A stretch of DNA of 64,000 nt, taken from assembly GCA_045047115.1 (NCBI GenBank), contig JASFYR010000021.1, forward strand, positions 32,190 to 96,189, given 5' to 3'. Origin of the DNA: Sulfurospirillum sp. (lineage in GTDB: Bacteria; Campylobacterota; Campylobacteria; Campylobacterales; Sulfurospirillaceae). The notes below the pieces were generated by a model. It was not told where the DNA came from, searched no databases, and saw only the letters and a program-made list of their open reading frames with translations. This document shows, piece by piece, positions 1-7,648 of the stretch. The position numbers were made by a program, and so were the translations under genes. Within the stretch, counting starts at the first letter, position 1, and each line of letters starts with the position of its first letter.

Positions 1-342
1 CAGATGTTAGCAGTTCTGGCTATGACTCCTTTCGCGAGATTTAATGTCCCCATAGCCATCAGTATGGTTTGGCTCAGCAATCCCGTAACTATGCCATTTA
101 TGTACTATATGGAATACCTAACGGGTGCATTTATACTCCGCAAACCTCATCTAAATGTAGAGCTAAATCTAGCATGGTTTGATGCAAATCTTGCAAATAT
201 ATTTGTGCCCCTATACACTGGCACACTTTTTTATGCCATAACTATTTCTATCGCGGTATATTTTGGTGTAAATTGGCTGTGGATACACTCCGTAAGAAAA
301 GAAAAAAGACATGCAAAAAGAAAAAGACATGCAAAAAAATAG
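1..342 (+). CDS. DUF2062-family membrane protein, 5'-truncated by the window edge
   Basis: RFNVPIA...[12 protein letters not shown] motif and hydrophobic segments typical of DUF2062; frame is open from position 1. Confidence 0.7.
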   Translation, partial: QMLAVLAMTPFARFNVPIAISMVWLSNPVTMPFMYYMEYLTGAFILRKPHLNVELNLAWFDANLANIFVPLYTGTLFYAITISIAVYFGVNWLWIHSVRKEKRHAKRKRHAKK

Positions 343-476
343 TTTAAAAGAGTTTAAAAGAGTTTAAAAGAGGGGTCAGAGTTTAAAAGAGTTTAAAAGA
401 GGGGTCAGAGTTTAAAAGAGGGGTCAGAGAGTTTAAAAGAGGGGTCAGGGACCTTTTTTAAACTTTTTTTAAACTT
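341..476. repeat. Mixed short tandem array (7x AGTTTAAAAG, 4x AGGGGTCAG) ending in an imperfect hairpin
   Basis: Units counted directly; the last unit can pair with GACCTTTTTTAAACT; lies between convergent genes. Confidence 0.85.
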
Positions 477-1058
477 TTACCTCAGTGAGTTGCAAATCGT
501 CCTGGAAACCTCATCGCAATAACCACCTATATCATTTTCCAACACATGTTCTCCATTTAAGAAGGTCATACCACCAAGTATCCCAGCTATACTCGAAAAC
601 GCTACAAAAAAATCTTTTTGGGAAAACTCTTTGCTTTCAACTCCATCTTGGAAAAGAATCTGAACCTCATCTATAAACTCTTTTGCCAAAGAAAAACCAC
701 AATCTTCATGCTCACAAAAGAGTTCTCTATTTGATAGATAGACTCTAAAAAAATACTCTATCATCTCCGGATGTTTTTGGATAAAGCTAAAATACTCCTT
801 CACAAAAAGTGTAACTTTTTTATTTGATGAAATATTTTGATTGTTTATGTACCTAAGATTGGATGCCAATTTTCTAGTTACAAAAACTATAGCAGCTCTC
901 GCCAAAGATTTTTTTGACGGAAAATAGTTATAGAAATTACCCACACTCATCTTTAAATCATCAGCTATTTGTGATACAGTTGTATTATAAAATCCTTTTT
1001 TAGAGAAGATATTAAGAGCTGTTTCTATTATTTTATTTTGTTTTCTAATTTTATTCAT
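477..1058 (-). CDS. TetR/AcrR family transcriptional regulator
   Basis: N-terminal HTH: IIETALNIFSKKGFYNTTVSQIADDLKMSVGNFYNYFPSKK. Confidence 0.93.
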   Translation of the reverse strand: MNKIRKQNKIIETALNIFSKKGFYNTTVSQIADDLKMSVGNFYNYFPSKKSLARAAIVFVTRKLASNLRYINNQNISSNKKVTLFVKEYFSFIQKHPEMIEYFFRVYLSNRELFCEHEDCGFSLAKEFIDEVQILFQDGVESKEFSQKDFFVAFSSIAGILGGMTFLNGEHVLENDIGGYCDEVSRTICNSLR

Positions 1059-1200
1059 AGCCGGATCCTTCTAAATTTTTAGAATTATATCATAATATAG
1101 TAAAATATTATATATATAAATGAATTTTAGTTCAATTTATTTAACTTTTAACTCTACTTTCAAATGTTAGAATTTTGTACTAAATTTAAAAAAAGAGGGA

Positions 1201-1701
1201 GTGACTATGAGAAGAGTATTAAAAATAATGACGATTTTAATCGTTGTAAGTCTTAGCTTAAGTGCAGCCACCAAGGTTGATAAAAAACTAAAAGCCCAGA
1301 TGCTTTCAGCTTGGAAAACTGAGGTTAAAACCTCTCAATCCATCACAAAAAGCATAACAGATAAAGAACTCATAAAGTGGATGGAAGAGGACAAGGAGTT
1401 TATACTGGTAGATGTCAGAGAACCAAAAGAGGTAGCAGCAGGGCATATACTAGCTATAGAATTCAAAGCCATACCTAGTGGCATGGTTTTGCCTGCAATT
1501 GGAAAAAAAGTTGCACTAAGACCAAGTCAAACCATAGTATTTTACTGCAAACTAGGCTCAAGAAGTTCATTTGTCGCAAGAGACGTTGCAAGAGTTTATG
1601 GATATAAAAATGTGATGTATCTAAAAGGTGGGATAATGGGCTGGATTAAAAATGGGCATCAAATAAGCAATTTTATGGGAGAATTTATCGGCGTAAAATA
1701 G
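1201..1701 (+). CDS. Exported rhodanese-domain protein (sulfurtransferase-like)
   Basis: Signal peptide, LVDVREPKE, active-site loop FYCKLGSRS, YLKGGIMGW. Confidence 0.88.
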   Translation: MTMRRVLKIMTILIVVSLSLSAATKVDKKLKAQMLSAWKTEVKTSQSITKSITDKELIKWMEEDKEFILVDVREPKEVAAGHILAIEFKAIPSGMVLPAIGKKVALRPSQTIVFYCKLGSRSSFVARDVARVYGYKNVMYLKGGIMGWIKNGHQISNFMGEFIGVK

Positions 1702-1707
1702 CTTTTT

Positions 1708-1733
1708 AGACTTGTGGACTTATCCACAAGTCT
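1708..1733. terminator. Bidirectional terminator hairpin
   Basis: AGACTTGTGGA-CTTA-TCCACAAGTCT perfect 11-bp stem between convergent genes. Confidence 0.7.
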
Positions 1734-1748
1734 CTATTTTTATAGAAT

Positions 1749-2492
1749 TTAGTTTAGTCTATTATTTATAAATCTGATTGATAAAAACAGAAGTATAGAT
1801 ACAAGTATCATACTGGCAGCCACGGGGGCTGAATAGTTTAAACCATAATTATTAAATCTATCATATATTAGCACCGGAGCGACCATCGGATGATAGGCTA
1901 TAATGACTACTGCACCAAACTCGCCCAGTCCCCTGCTCCACATCATCAAAGCACCATTTATGATATCGTTTCTGGCATTTGGCAAAACTATAGAGAAAAA
2001 AGCACTCATTCTGCTCGCCCCCAGTGTTCTTGCAACATATTCATACTTTACATCTACTTTTTTAAAACCCTCTTTTGCTCCGTTTATCAAAAATGGGGCA
2101 GAGAGAAACATCATGGCGCTTACTATACCTGTCGTTGTATCTATAAAGTCTATATATCCATTGCTAAATGCAATCAAAAGCGCGATACCTGCAGCAGTAT
2201 GAGGAACCATCACCGGAATGTCAAGTATGGACTCAAGTGCTGACTTTCCCCAAAAGTCATATCTTGCTATCAGATAAGCTAACGGTATGCCTGTAAAACA
2301 GACAAAAACTACAGCATAAAATGCACTTTTAAGAGTCAAAAATATACTGTCATACACCTCTTTGTCCTGAATAGTTTTAAAGATATTTAAAACTCCCACA
2401 CTCACAAAAAGTTTTATCAATGGTATGGTTAAAAAAAGCACCAAAATAGAAGCTAGAAACATAAATATCAGTATAAATCCTTTGTCTTTCAT
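1749..2492 (-). CDS. wtpB: Tungstate/molybdate ABC transporter permease
   Basis: ILDIPVMVPHTAAGIALL, EAA-like YVARTLGAS, WSRGLGEFGAVVIIAYHP; in operon with wtpA. Confidence 0.85.
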   Translation of the reverse strand: MKDKGFILIFMFLASILVLFLTIPLIKLFVSVGVLNIFKTIQDKEVYDSIFLTLKSAFYAVVFVCFTGIPLAYLIARYDFWGKSALESILDIPVMVPHTAAGIALLIAFSNGYIDFIDTTTGIVSAMMFLSAPFLINGAKEGFKKVDVKYEYVARTLGASRMSAFFSIVLPNARNDIINGALMMWSRGLGEFGAVVIIAYHPMVAPVLIYDRFNNYGLNYSAPVAASMILVSILLFLSIRFINNRLN

Positions 2493-3466
2493 ATAAATGC
2501 CACATCCTTTTTATCTATATATATGTATGTCTTTTGCCCCTCTTGTAACTCTTTCCCGTCAAATGCACTCTTATGCACTTTACAAAAAAATGTCTCATTA
2601 CCGACTTTGGCAAAGACTTTATAATGGTCACTGATACCCATTATATTTTCTATCTCACAGGCAAAACAGTAAACATCATCTCTTTTTTCATCTCCAAAAT
2701 TTATCTTGTTTGGATCAACGCTAAAGTATCTGTTTTTTTGTCCAAAGCCCAAAATTGTAGCAGGGAATATATTTTTAAAACCCAAAAATTTTGCCACCTC
2801 TATATTTTTTGGCTGATTTAGAACTTCATAAGTATCTCCGATTTGAAGAATTCTACCATCCAAAAGGACTGCAACTCTATCGGCCAAAAATGAAGCTTCT
2901 CTAAAATTGTGTGTTACATGTATGATAGTCATGTTATATCTCTTGACTATATCTTTGAGTGATTTCATAATAGAATTTCTAAAGGTCGGGTCAACTGCAC
3001 TAAGAGGTTCATCCAAAAGCAAAAGTTTAGGTCTCGAATATATTGCCCTTGCGATTGCAACTCTCTGTTTTTCTCCTCCGCTCAAATGCTTGGTATCTCT
3101 TGTGAGAATATTTTTGATTCTCAAAAATGTCACCAAATCTTCAAAAAGATCATCCTTGCCCTCAATTTTTTTATATCTTGAAGAGAATTTTATATTTTTC
3201 TCAACACTCATATTTGGAAAGAGTATAAAATCCTGATAAACAAATCCGAAATTTCTCTTCTCAGGCAAAATATCAGTGACATCCACACCATCACAAGAGA
3301 TACTTCCTTCTATCTTCTGTATCCCGGCAAGAGCTTCAAGAAGCATGGTCTTTCCACTCCCTGTCCGACCCAGTATGACAAAATAAGAGTGCTTATCAAC
3401 TTCAAAAGAGAGCTTGTGCAAGACAAAGCTCCCTCTTTTTAAAAATAAATTTTTAACCTCTAACAT
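2489..3466 (-). CDS. wtpC: Tungstate/molybdate ABC transporter ATPase
   Basis: Walker A GRTGSGKT, signature LSGGEKQR, Walker B LLLLDEP; C-terminal TOBE-like extension. Confidence 0.85.
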   Translation of the reverse strand: MLEVKNLFLKRGSFVLHKLSFEVDKHSYFVILGRTGSGKTMLLEALAGIQKIEGSISCDGVDVTDILPEKRNFGFVYQDFILFPNMSVEKNIKFSSRYKKIEGKDDLFEDLVTFLRIKNILTRDTKHLSGGEKQRVAIARAIYSRPKLLLLDEPLSAVDPTFRNSIMKSLKDIVKRYNMTIIHVTHNFREASFLADRVAVLLDGRILQIGDTYEVLNQPKNIEVAKFLGFKNIFPATILGFGQKNRYFSVDPNKINFGDEKRDDVYCFACEIENIMGISDHYKVFAKVGNETFFCKVHKSAFDGKELQEGQKTYIYIDKKDVAFI

Positions 3467-3473
3467 CTCTCTC

Positions 3474-4439
3474 CTATTTCAATATACTATCATCACCAGT
3501 AATAACCGGTGGATTTATAACACCTTGTCCGTTTTTCTTCATGATGGCTTGCCCCTCAGGGCTTAAGACAAAGTTTACAAACTTAACCGCTCCATCTTTG
3601 TCTCTTGGCAGGTTTTTTTCTCTATTTTGCACAACTGTTATACCATAGACCATGGCTGAGCCTTTTTTGGTTATCCAAGTTCCCGGTTTTTTGCCTGTGA
3701 TTTTAAATATAGCCTGCTTATAAAACTTACTATATTTTTTACTCCTTAGACTTACTTGCGGAGGCAGAATTATATACTTTAACCCATGTTGCTCGGCAAC
3801 AGATTTATAGATATACAAGTAGTCATAAGCACCTGCCTCCAAAAGTCCAAGCAAATCAGTCTCTTTTGGTCTGACAATCACTTTGTCTCTGTTTTCTTCA
3901 CCATTTTTATAGCTATCCCCATAACCCAGAAGTTTATCATAAAATCCCGGTTTTTTATAGTAAACCTGAGCTAATTTGGTCACCAATATACTTCTATAAC
4001 CACAAGGGTCAAGATTTGGATTTGAATGCCCTATCTTCACACCTTTTTTCAAAAATATATCTGGCCAGTTTTTTGCATTTATCTCATTTGAATATTTTGA
4101 TTTGGCAGTATAGGCTATCACCATCTCGTTTGTCACAAACTGAGCGTTAAACTTTGCAAATTTTGGTATCAAAAGGTTATCTATTACCTTATAAGCTGCA
4201 CTTGCCATGACATCAGCAGGTTTGCCGATATCTGTTATCTTTCTGGCACATGCTCTGCTTCCCGCCGGTTCTCTTACTACATCAAACTGAGGGTACTTTG
4301 CCTCAAAAGCTTTCTCTATTTGGGCAAACGGAACAGACAGGCTTCCTGCATGAAATACTACTACTTTTTCTTTAGCGAACATAAAAGAAGTAACCAAACC
4401 TAATGTCAAGGCGAAACTTCCAAATCTTCTCATCATCAT
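3474..4439 (-). CDS. wtpA: WtpA-type tungstate-binding periplasmic protein
   Basis: FHAGSLSVPF, SNPNLDPCGYRS, VRPKETDLL and YLYIYKSVAEQHGLKY are WtpA-class signatures; signal peptide. Confidence 0.9.
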   Translation of the reverse strand: MMMRRFGSFALTLGLVTSFMFAKEKVVVFHAGSLSVPFAQIEKAFEAKYPQFDVVREPAGSRACARKITDIGKPADVMASAAYKVIDNLLIPKFAKFNAQFVTNEMVIAYTAKSKYSNEINAKNWPDIFLKKGVKIGHSNPNLDPCGYRSILVTKLAQVYYKKPGFYDKLLGYGDSYKNGEENRDKVIVRPKETDLLGLLEAGAYDYLYIYKSVAEQHGLKYIILPPQVSLRSKKYSKFYKQAIFKITGKKPGTWITKKGSAMVYGITVVQNREKNLPRDKDGAVKFVNFVLSPEGQAIMKKNGQGVINPPVITGDDSILK

Positions 4440-4454
4440 ATTCTCCTTTTTTAG

Positions 4455-4473
4455 ATATGCAATTTTAGCATAT
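4455..4473. promoter_or_regulatory. Palindrome ATATGC-N7-GCATAT overlapping the extended -10 (TGcTAAAAT, minus strand) of wtpA
   Basis: Seen directly; second copy at 6047-6065. Confidence 0.6.
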
Positions 4474-4513
4474 TAGTTTTTGATACTCTGCATGCAGAGC
4501 ACCTTTTTAACAA

Positions 4514-5251
4514 TTAATTTTTAAAATCCCTATCATTTCTGGGTTTCAAAAATAACTCTTTAAACCTCTTGTTTGCAAACTCTTCTATCTCTCTTTGAAG
4601 CTGCTTATATTTACTAATATACTCGTTTGCTAACGGCGTAAGTGTTGTGCCTCGATCAGCTCCTCCGCCTTTTTTGGTTATCACCAAGGTATCATCTAGA
4701 TTTTTTTGTAGCAATTTGATATGAGACCATGCTTTTTTATAGTTCATACCCAAATTTTCAGCCGCTTTTGCAATTGATCCTACTTTTTGTATCTCCAAAA
4801 GCACCTCTGTTTTTCCTTTTCCGAAAAGCAACTCTTTTTTCTCATTTTCCATCCAGGTTTTTGTCTTTACATAGAGTCTCGTTCTTCTTTTTTCTTTAAA
4901 ACATCCGAGTTCACAAAAATTTACATCTATATTTTTGACTTCCAAAGTTCCTCGAATAGCCTTGAGCCCTATACCTGAAGCTATGCTTCTTGCATCTGCA
5001 CATGTGACTTTATTTTCCTTGTTTACAAACCTTTTTAATCTCTCATAAGCCTCTTTGGAGTAGTCTCCTTTTTCTAGTTTTCCAAACTGTCCAAGTCCGC
5101 ACTCGCTGATGCGAATACCCATATTTTTTGTTTTTTGTCCGACTTCACCGATAGGAGTTTTCGTCTTAGCTGAAATCTTATATGCTTGCGCACAAGTCAG
5201 TTTTCCCTCTTCATTTAAAGAGCTTTTTATAATCTCCTCTACACTAGACAT
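4514..5251 (-). CDS. ModE-like winged-helix regulator with duplicated Cys-containing N-terminal domain
   Basis: C-terminal LFGKGKTEVL...GSIAKAAENLGMNYKKAWSHI...GGG..GTTLT is the ModE DNA-binding module; downstream of fdhD, as for C. jejuni Cj1507c. Confidence 0.82.
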   Translation of the reverse strand: MSSVEEIIKSSLNEEGKLTCAQAYKISAKTKTPIGEVGQKTKNMGIRISECGLGQFGKLEKGDYSKEAYERLKRFVNKENKVTCADARSIASGIGLKAIRGTLEVKNIDVNFCELGCFKEKRRTRLYVKTKTWMENEKKELLFGKGKTEVLLEIQKVGSIAKAAENLGMNYKKAWSHIKLLQKNLDDTLVITKKGGGADRGTTLTPLANEYISKYKQLQREIEEFANKRFKELFLKPRNDRDFKN

Positions 5252-6026
5252 TTATCCTCCTTGGATGTCTGTATATATTCATCTTTTCACCTCTTACAAA
5301 CCCTACCAAAGTTAATCCGAATTTTTCAGCTATCATTAAACCCAGGCAAGTTGATGCTGTCCTAGAAGCCAGGATTGGTATCTGATGCATCACCGCTTTT
5401 GCCACCATTTCAGAGCTGAGTCGTCCACTGACCATCAAAAATGCTTTTTTTACATCAAATCCAGCCATTAGTGCTTTGCCTACAGCTTTATCTATCGTAT
5501 TATGCTGAGCTATATCTTCACCTATAAAGTAATTGTTCTCATCAAAATATAGTTTTGCGGTATGCACACATCCTGTCTCTTCGTATAACGGGCACTGTGT
5601 ATAAAACTTGCCCATCTGCTCAAAAAGCAAAGTCGCATCTATACTCAAATCACTTTGAATCACCTTTGCTTCTATGGCCTCGGGGTCTATGTTTGCTGTC
5701 ATACTCTTTCCGCATCCACTAATCACAACACCCTCGGCATCGAGTTTTTTGATATTTTGCTCATTTGCAAGAGCTGTTATATCTACTCTCATACCATCAT
5801 TTAAAAGTTCGATTTTTTCTATGTCATCAATACCAGATATGATATTTTCACTCATCAAATACCCAACCACCAATGCCTCTTGGTCAACTGGTGTTGCCAT
5901 CACTGCGCCTACTCTCTTTTTATTTACAAAAATTTCAAGCTTAATCTCTCTGACAAGAGTATCTTTTACCTCTGTTTTTTTACCATTTTTTATCTTTGTA
6001 ACTTCAGTTTGATATGTCGGTTCCAT
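5244..6026 (-). CDS. fdhD: Formate dehydrogenase accessory sulfurtransferase FdhD
   Basis: SGCG, TGCVH, EDIAQHNTIDKAVG, SGRLSSEMVAKA motifs. Confidence 0.95.
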   Translation of the reverse strand: MEPTYQTEVTKIKNGKKTEVKDTLVREIKLEIFVNKKRVGAVMATPVDQEALVVGYLMSENIISGIDDIEKIELLNDGMRVDITALANEQNIKKLDAEGVVISGCGKSMTANIDPEAIEAKVIQSDLSIDATLLFEQMGKFYTQCPLYEETGCVHTAKLYFDENNYFIGEDIAQHNTIDKAVGKALMAGFDVKKAFLMVSGRLSSEMVAKAVMHQIPILASRTASTCLGLMIAEKFGLTLVGFVRGEKMNIYRHPRRINV

Positions 6027-6046
6027 TGTTTTTCCTCATATATTAA

Positions 6047-6065
6047 ATATGCTATTTTTGCATAT
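6047..6065. promoter_or_regulatory. Palindrome ATATGC-N7-GCATAT upstream of fdhD-modE
   Basis: AAATATGC-TATTTTT-GCATATTT; same arms and spacer as 4455-4473. Confidence 0.6.
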
Positions 6066-6115
6066 TTATACATAAATATTGATTAACCCAGGAGCATCTC
6101 TGCCCCTGAGCTATA

Positions 6116-7039
6116 TTATATTTTACCCTCTTTTTTGAGCTTTTTATAAAATGAGCTGTGCATATATCGCACTTCATCCTCGCTTTTATGCCCATCTATC
6201 ATGCTGCCAAGAGATCCCTTGATAGCAAACAAAGACATATACATATGAGTGATAAAGAGTGCAACTATAGCCATACCCAAAAAGTTATGTACTATGGCGG
6301 AGATTCGGATGATATCTATCTGATCAAGTTTCAAACCACTTAAGATAGCTAGGTTAAAGTCTTGAAAATACATCATAGCACCTGTGATTATCATCACAAA
6401 ACCTCCTAAAATCGCCAACCAAAACCACATCTTCTGTCCAGCATTGAATTGACCTGCCGGCACTACTACTTTTTTCTTTGTCAGGTATCCACCCAGCATA
6501 AAAAGCCATTTTACATCATCAAAAGTGGGTAACATCGGAATTAGCCACATTAAAAACATAGGAATTGCGGAAATCAAAAACAATACCGTTCCTATGCTGT
6601 GTAGATATCTGGCAGTCAATACTAATTCACCGCCACCTAACTCTTTGCCAAATATCATCATAAAACCAGTTGGCACAATTATCACAAAAGCCAAAGCAGC
6701 CATCCAGTGTATAATCCTCTTAAACACCGAATAAACATATATACCCTTGCCCTCGTGTGAAAACTTCTTTGGTCCTATAACAATATAGTGCAAAAAGAAT
6801 ACTACAATAACACCCAGCGCTATGCCAAAAAACAGTACCCTAAACCAATGAACCTGAAGATAAACAAAAAGTTCACCCCAAGCCTGATAGTGCAAAATAT
6901 TATGCAAAAGTTCCGGGGAGTTTAAGCGACTCCCCGAAAAATGAACATTATTTGCTTTTTCTACCAATGGTACTTTTCCTATAAATTCTCTGGCAAATAG
7001 ACCAAGAGCCAAAGAGATAAATACCATTAACTTTTTCAT
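6116..7039 (-). CDS. fdhC: Formate dehydrogenase cytochrome b (gamma) subunit
   Basis: RIIHW, ARYLH, GQFNAGQKMWFW, ITHMYM haem-ligand His motifs; follows fdhB. Confidence 0.93.
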   Translation of the reverse strand: MKKLMVFISLALGLFAREFIGKVPLVEKANNVHFSGSRLNSPELLHNILHYQAWGELFVYLQVHWFRVLFFGIALGVIVVFFLHYIVIGPKKFSHEGKGIYVYSVFKRIIHWMAALAFVIIVPTGFMMIFGKELGGGELVLTARYLHSIGTVLFLISAIPMFLMWLIPMLPTFDDVKWLFMLGGYLTKKKVVVPAGQFNAGQKMWFWLAILGGFVMIITGAMMYFQDFNLAILSGLKLDQIDIIRISAIVHNFLGMAIVALFITHMYMSLFAIKGSLGSMIDGHKSEDEVRYMHSSFYKKLKKEGKI

Positions 7040-7042
7040 GGC

Positions 7043-7636
7043 TTATCCTTTATAGGCTGTACTCCAGCCATATGGTACACCAACTACTCCCTTTCCTCTG
7101 CTCATCACTCTTTTTCTGTAGATGTCTGCAACTTCAACTGCATCACCGACAATAAGGGCATTTGTAGAACAGACTGCCGCGCACATAGGAACTTTGCCCT
7201 CTGCGATTCTGTTTTGACCATACAACTCTCTCTCTTTGATTGAGTTTGTAGGCTCAGGACCTCCGGCACACATAGTACACTTATCCATAACGCCTCTTGT
7301 GCCAAATGCACCGTCTTTTGGAAATTGAGGAGCACCAAACGGACAGGCATACAGACAATACCCACAACCTATACATATAGTTTTATCATGCAAAACTATA
7401 CCGTCATCTCTGATATAAAAACAATCAACCGGACAAACTTGCTCACATGGTGCATCTGTACAGTGCATACATGCAACCGACACAGAGAACTCTTGTCCTT
7501 CCATTCCTTCATTAACTGTTACAACTTTTCTTCTACTTATGCCAACGGAGAGCTCATTTGCTTCTTCGCAGGCAACAGCACAACCTAAACACTCTATACA
7601 TCTGCCTTCATCGCAGTAAAATTTCATTCTTGCCAT
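7043..7636 (-). CDS. fdhB: Formate dehydrogenase iron-sulfur (beta) subunit
   Basis: Four 4Fe-4S Cys clusters: CIECLGCAVAC, CMHCTDAPCEQVCP, CIGCGYCLYACP, CTMC...CAAVC. Confidence 0.95.
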   Translation of the reverse strand: MARMKFYCDEGRCIECLGCAVACEEANELSVGISRRKVVTVNEGMEGQEFSVSVACMHCTDAPCEQVCPVDCFYIRDDGIVLHDKTICIGCGYCLYACPFGAPQFPKDGAFGTRGVMDKCTMCAGGPEPTNSIKERELYGQNRIAEGKVPMCAAVCSTNALIVGDAVEVADIYRKRVMSRGKGVVGVPYGWSTAYKG

Positions 7637-7648
7637 ATTACACCTCCC

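Noticed and set aside
341..448. Possible CRISPR array
   Set aside because: Units are 9-10 bp with no unique spacers, and there are no cas genes
1720..1728. Perfect DnaA box TTATCCACA / possible oriC
   Set aside because: Single box forming one arm of a terminator hairpin; no dnaA or box cluster
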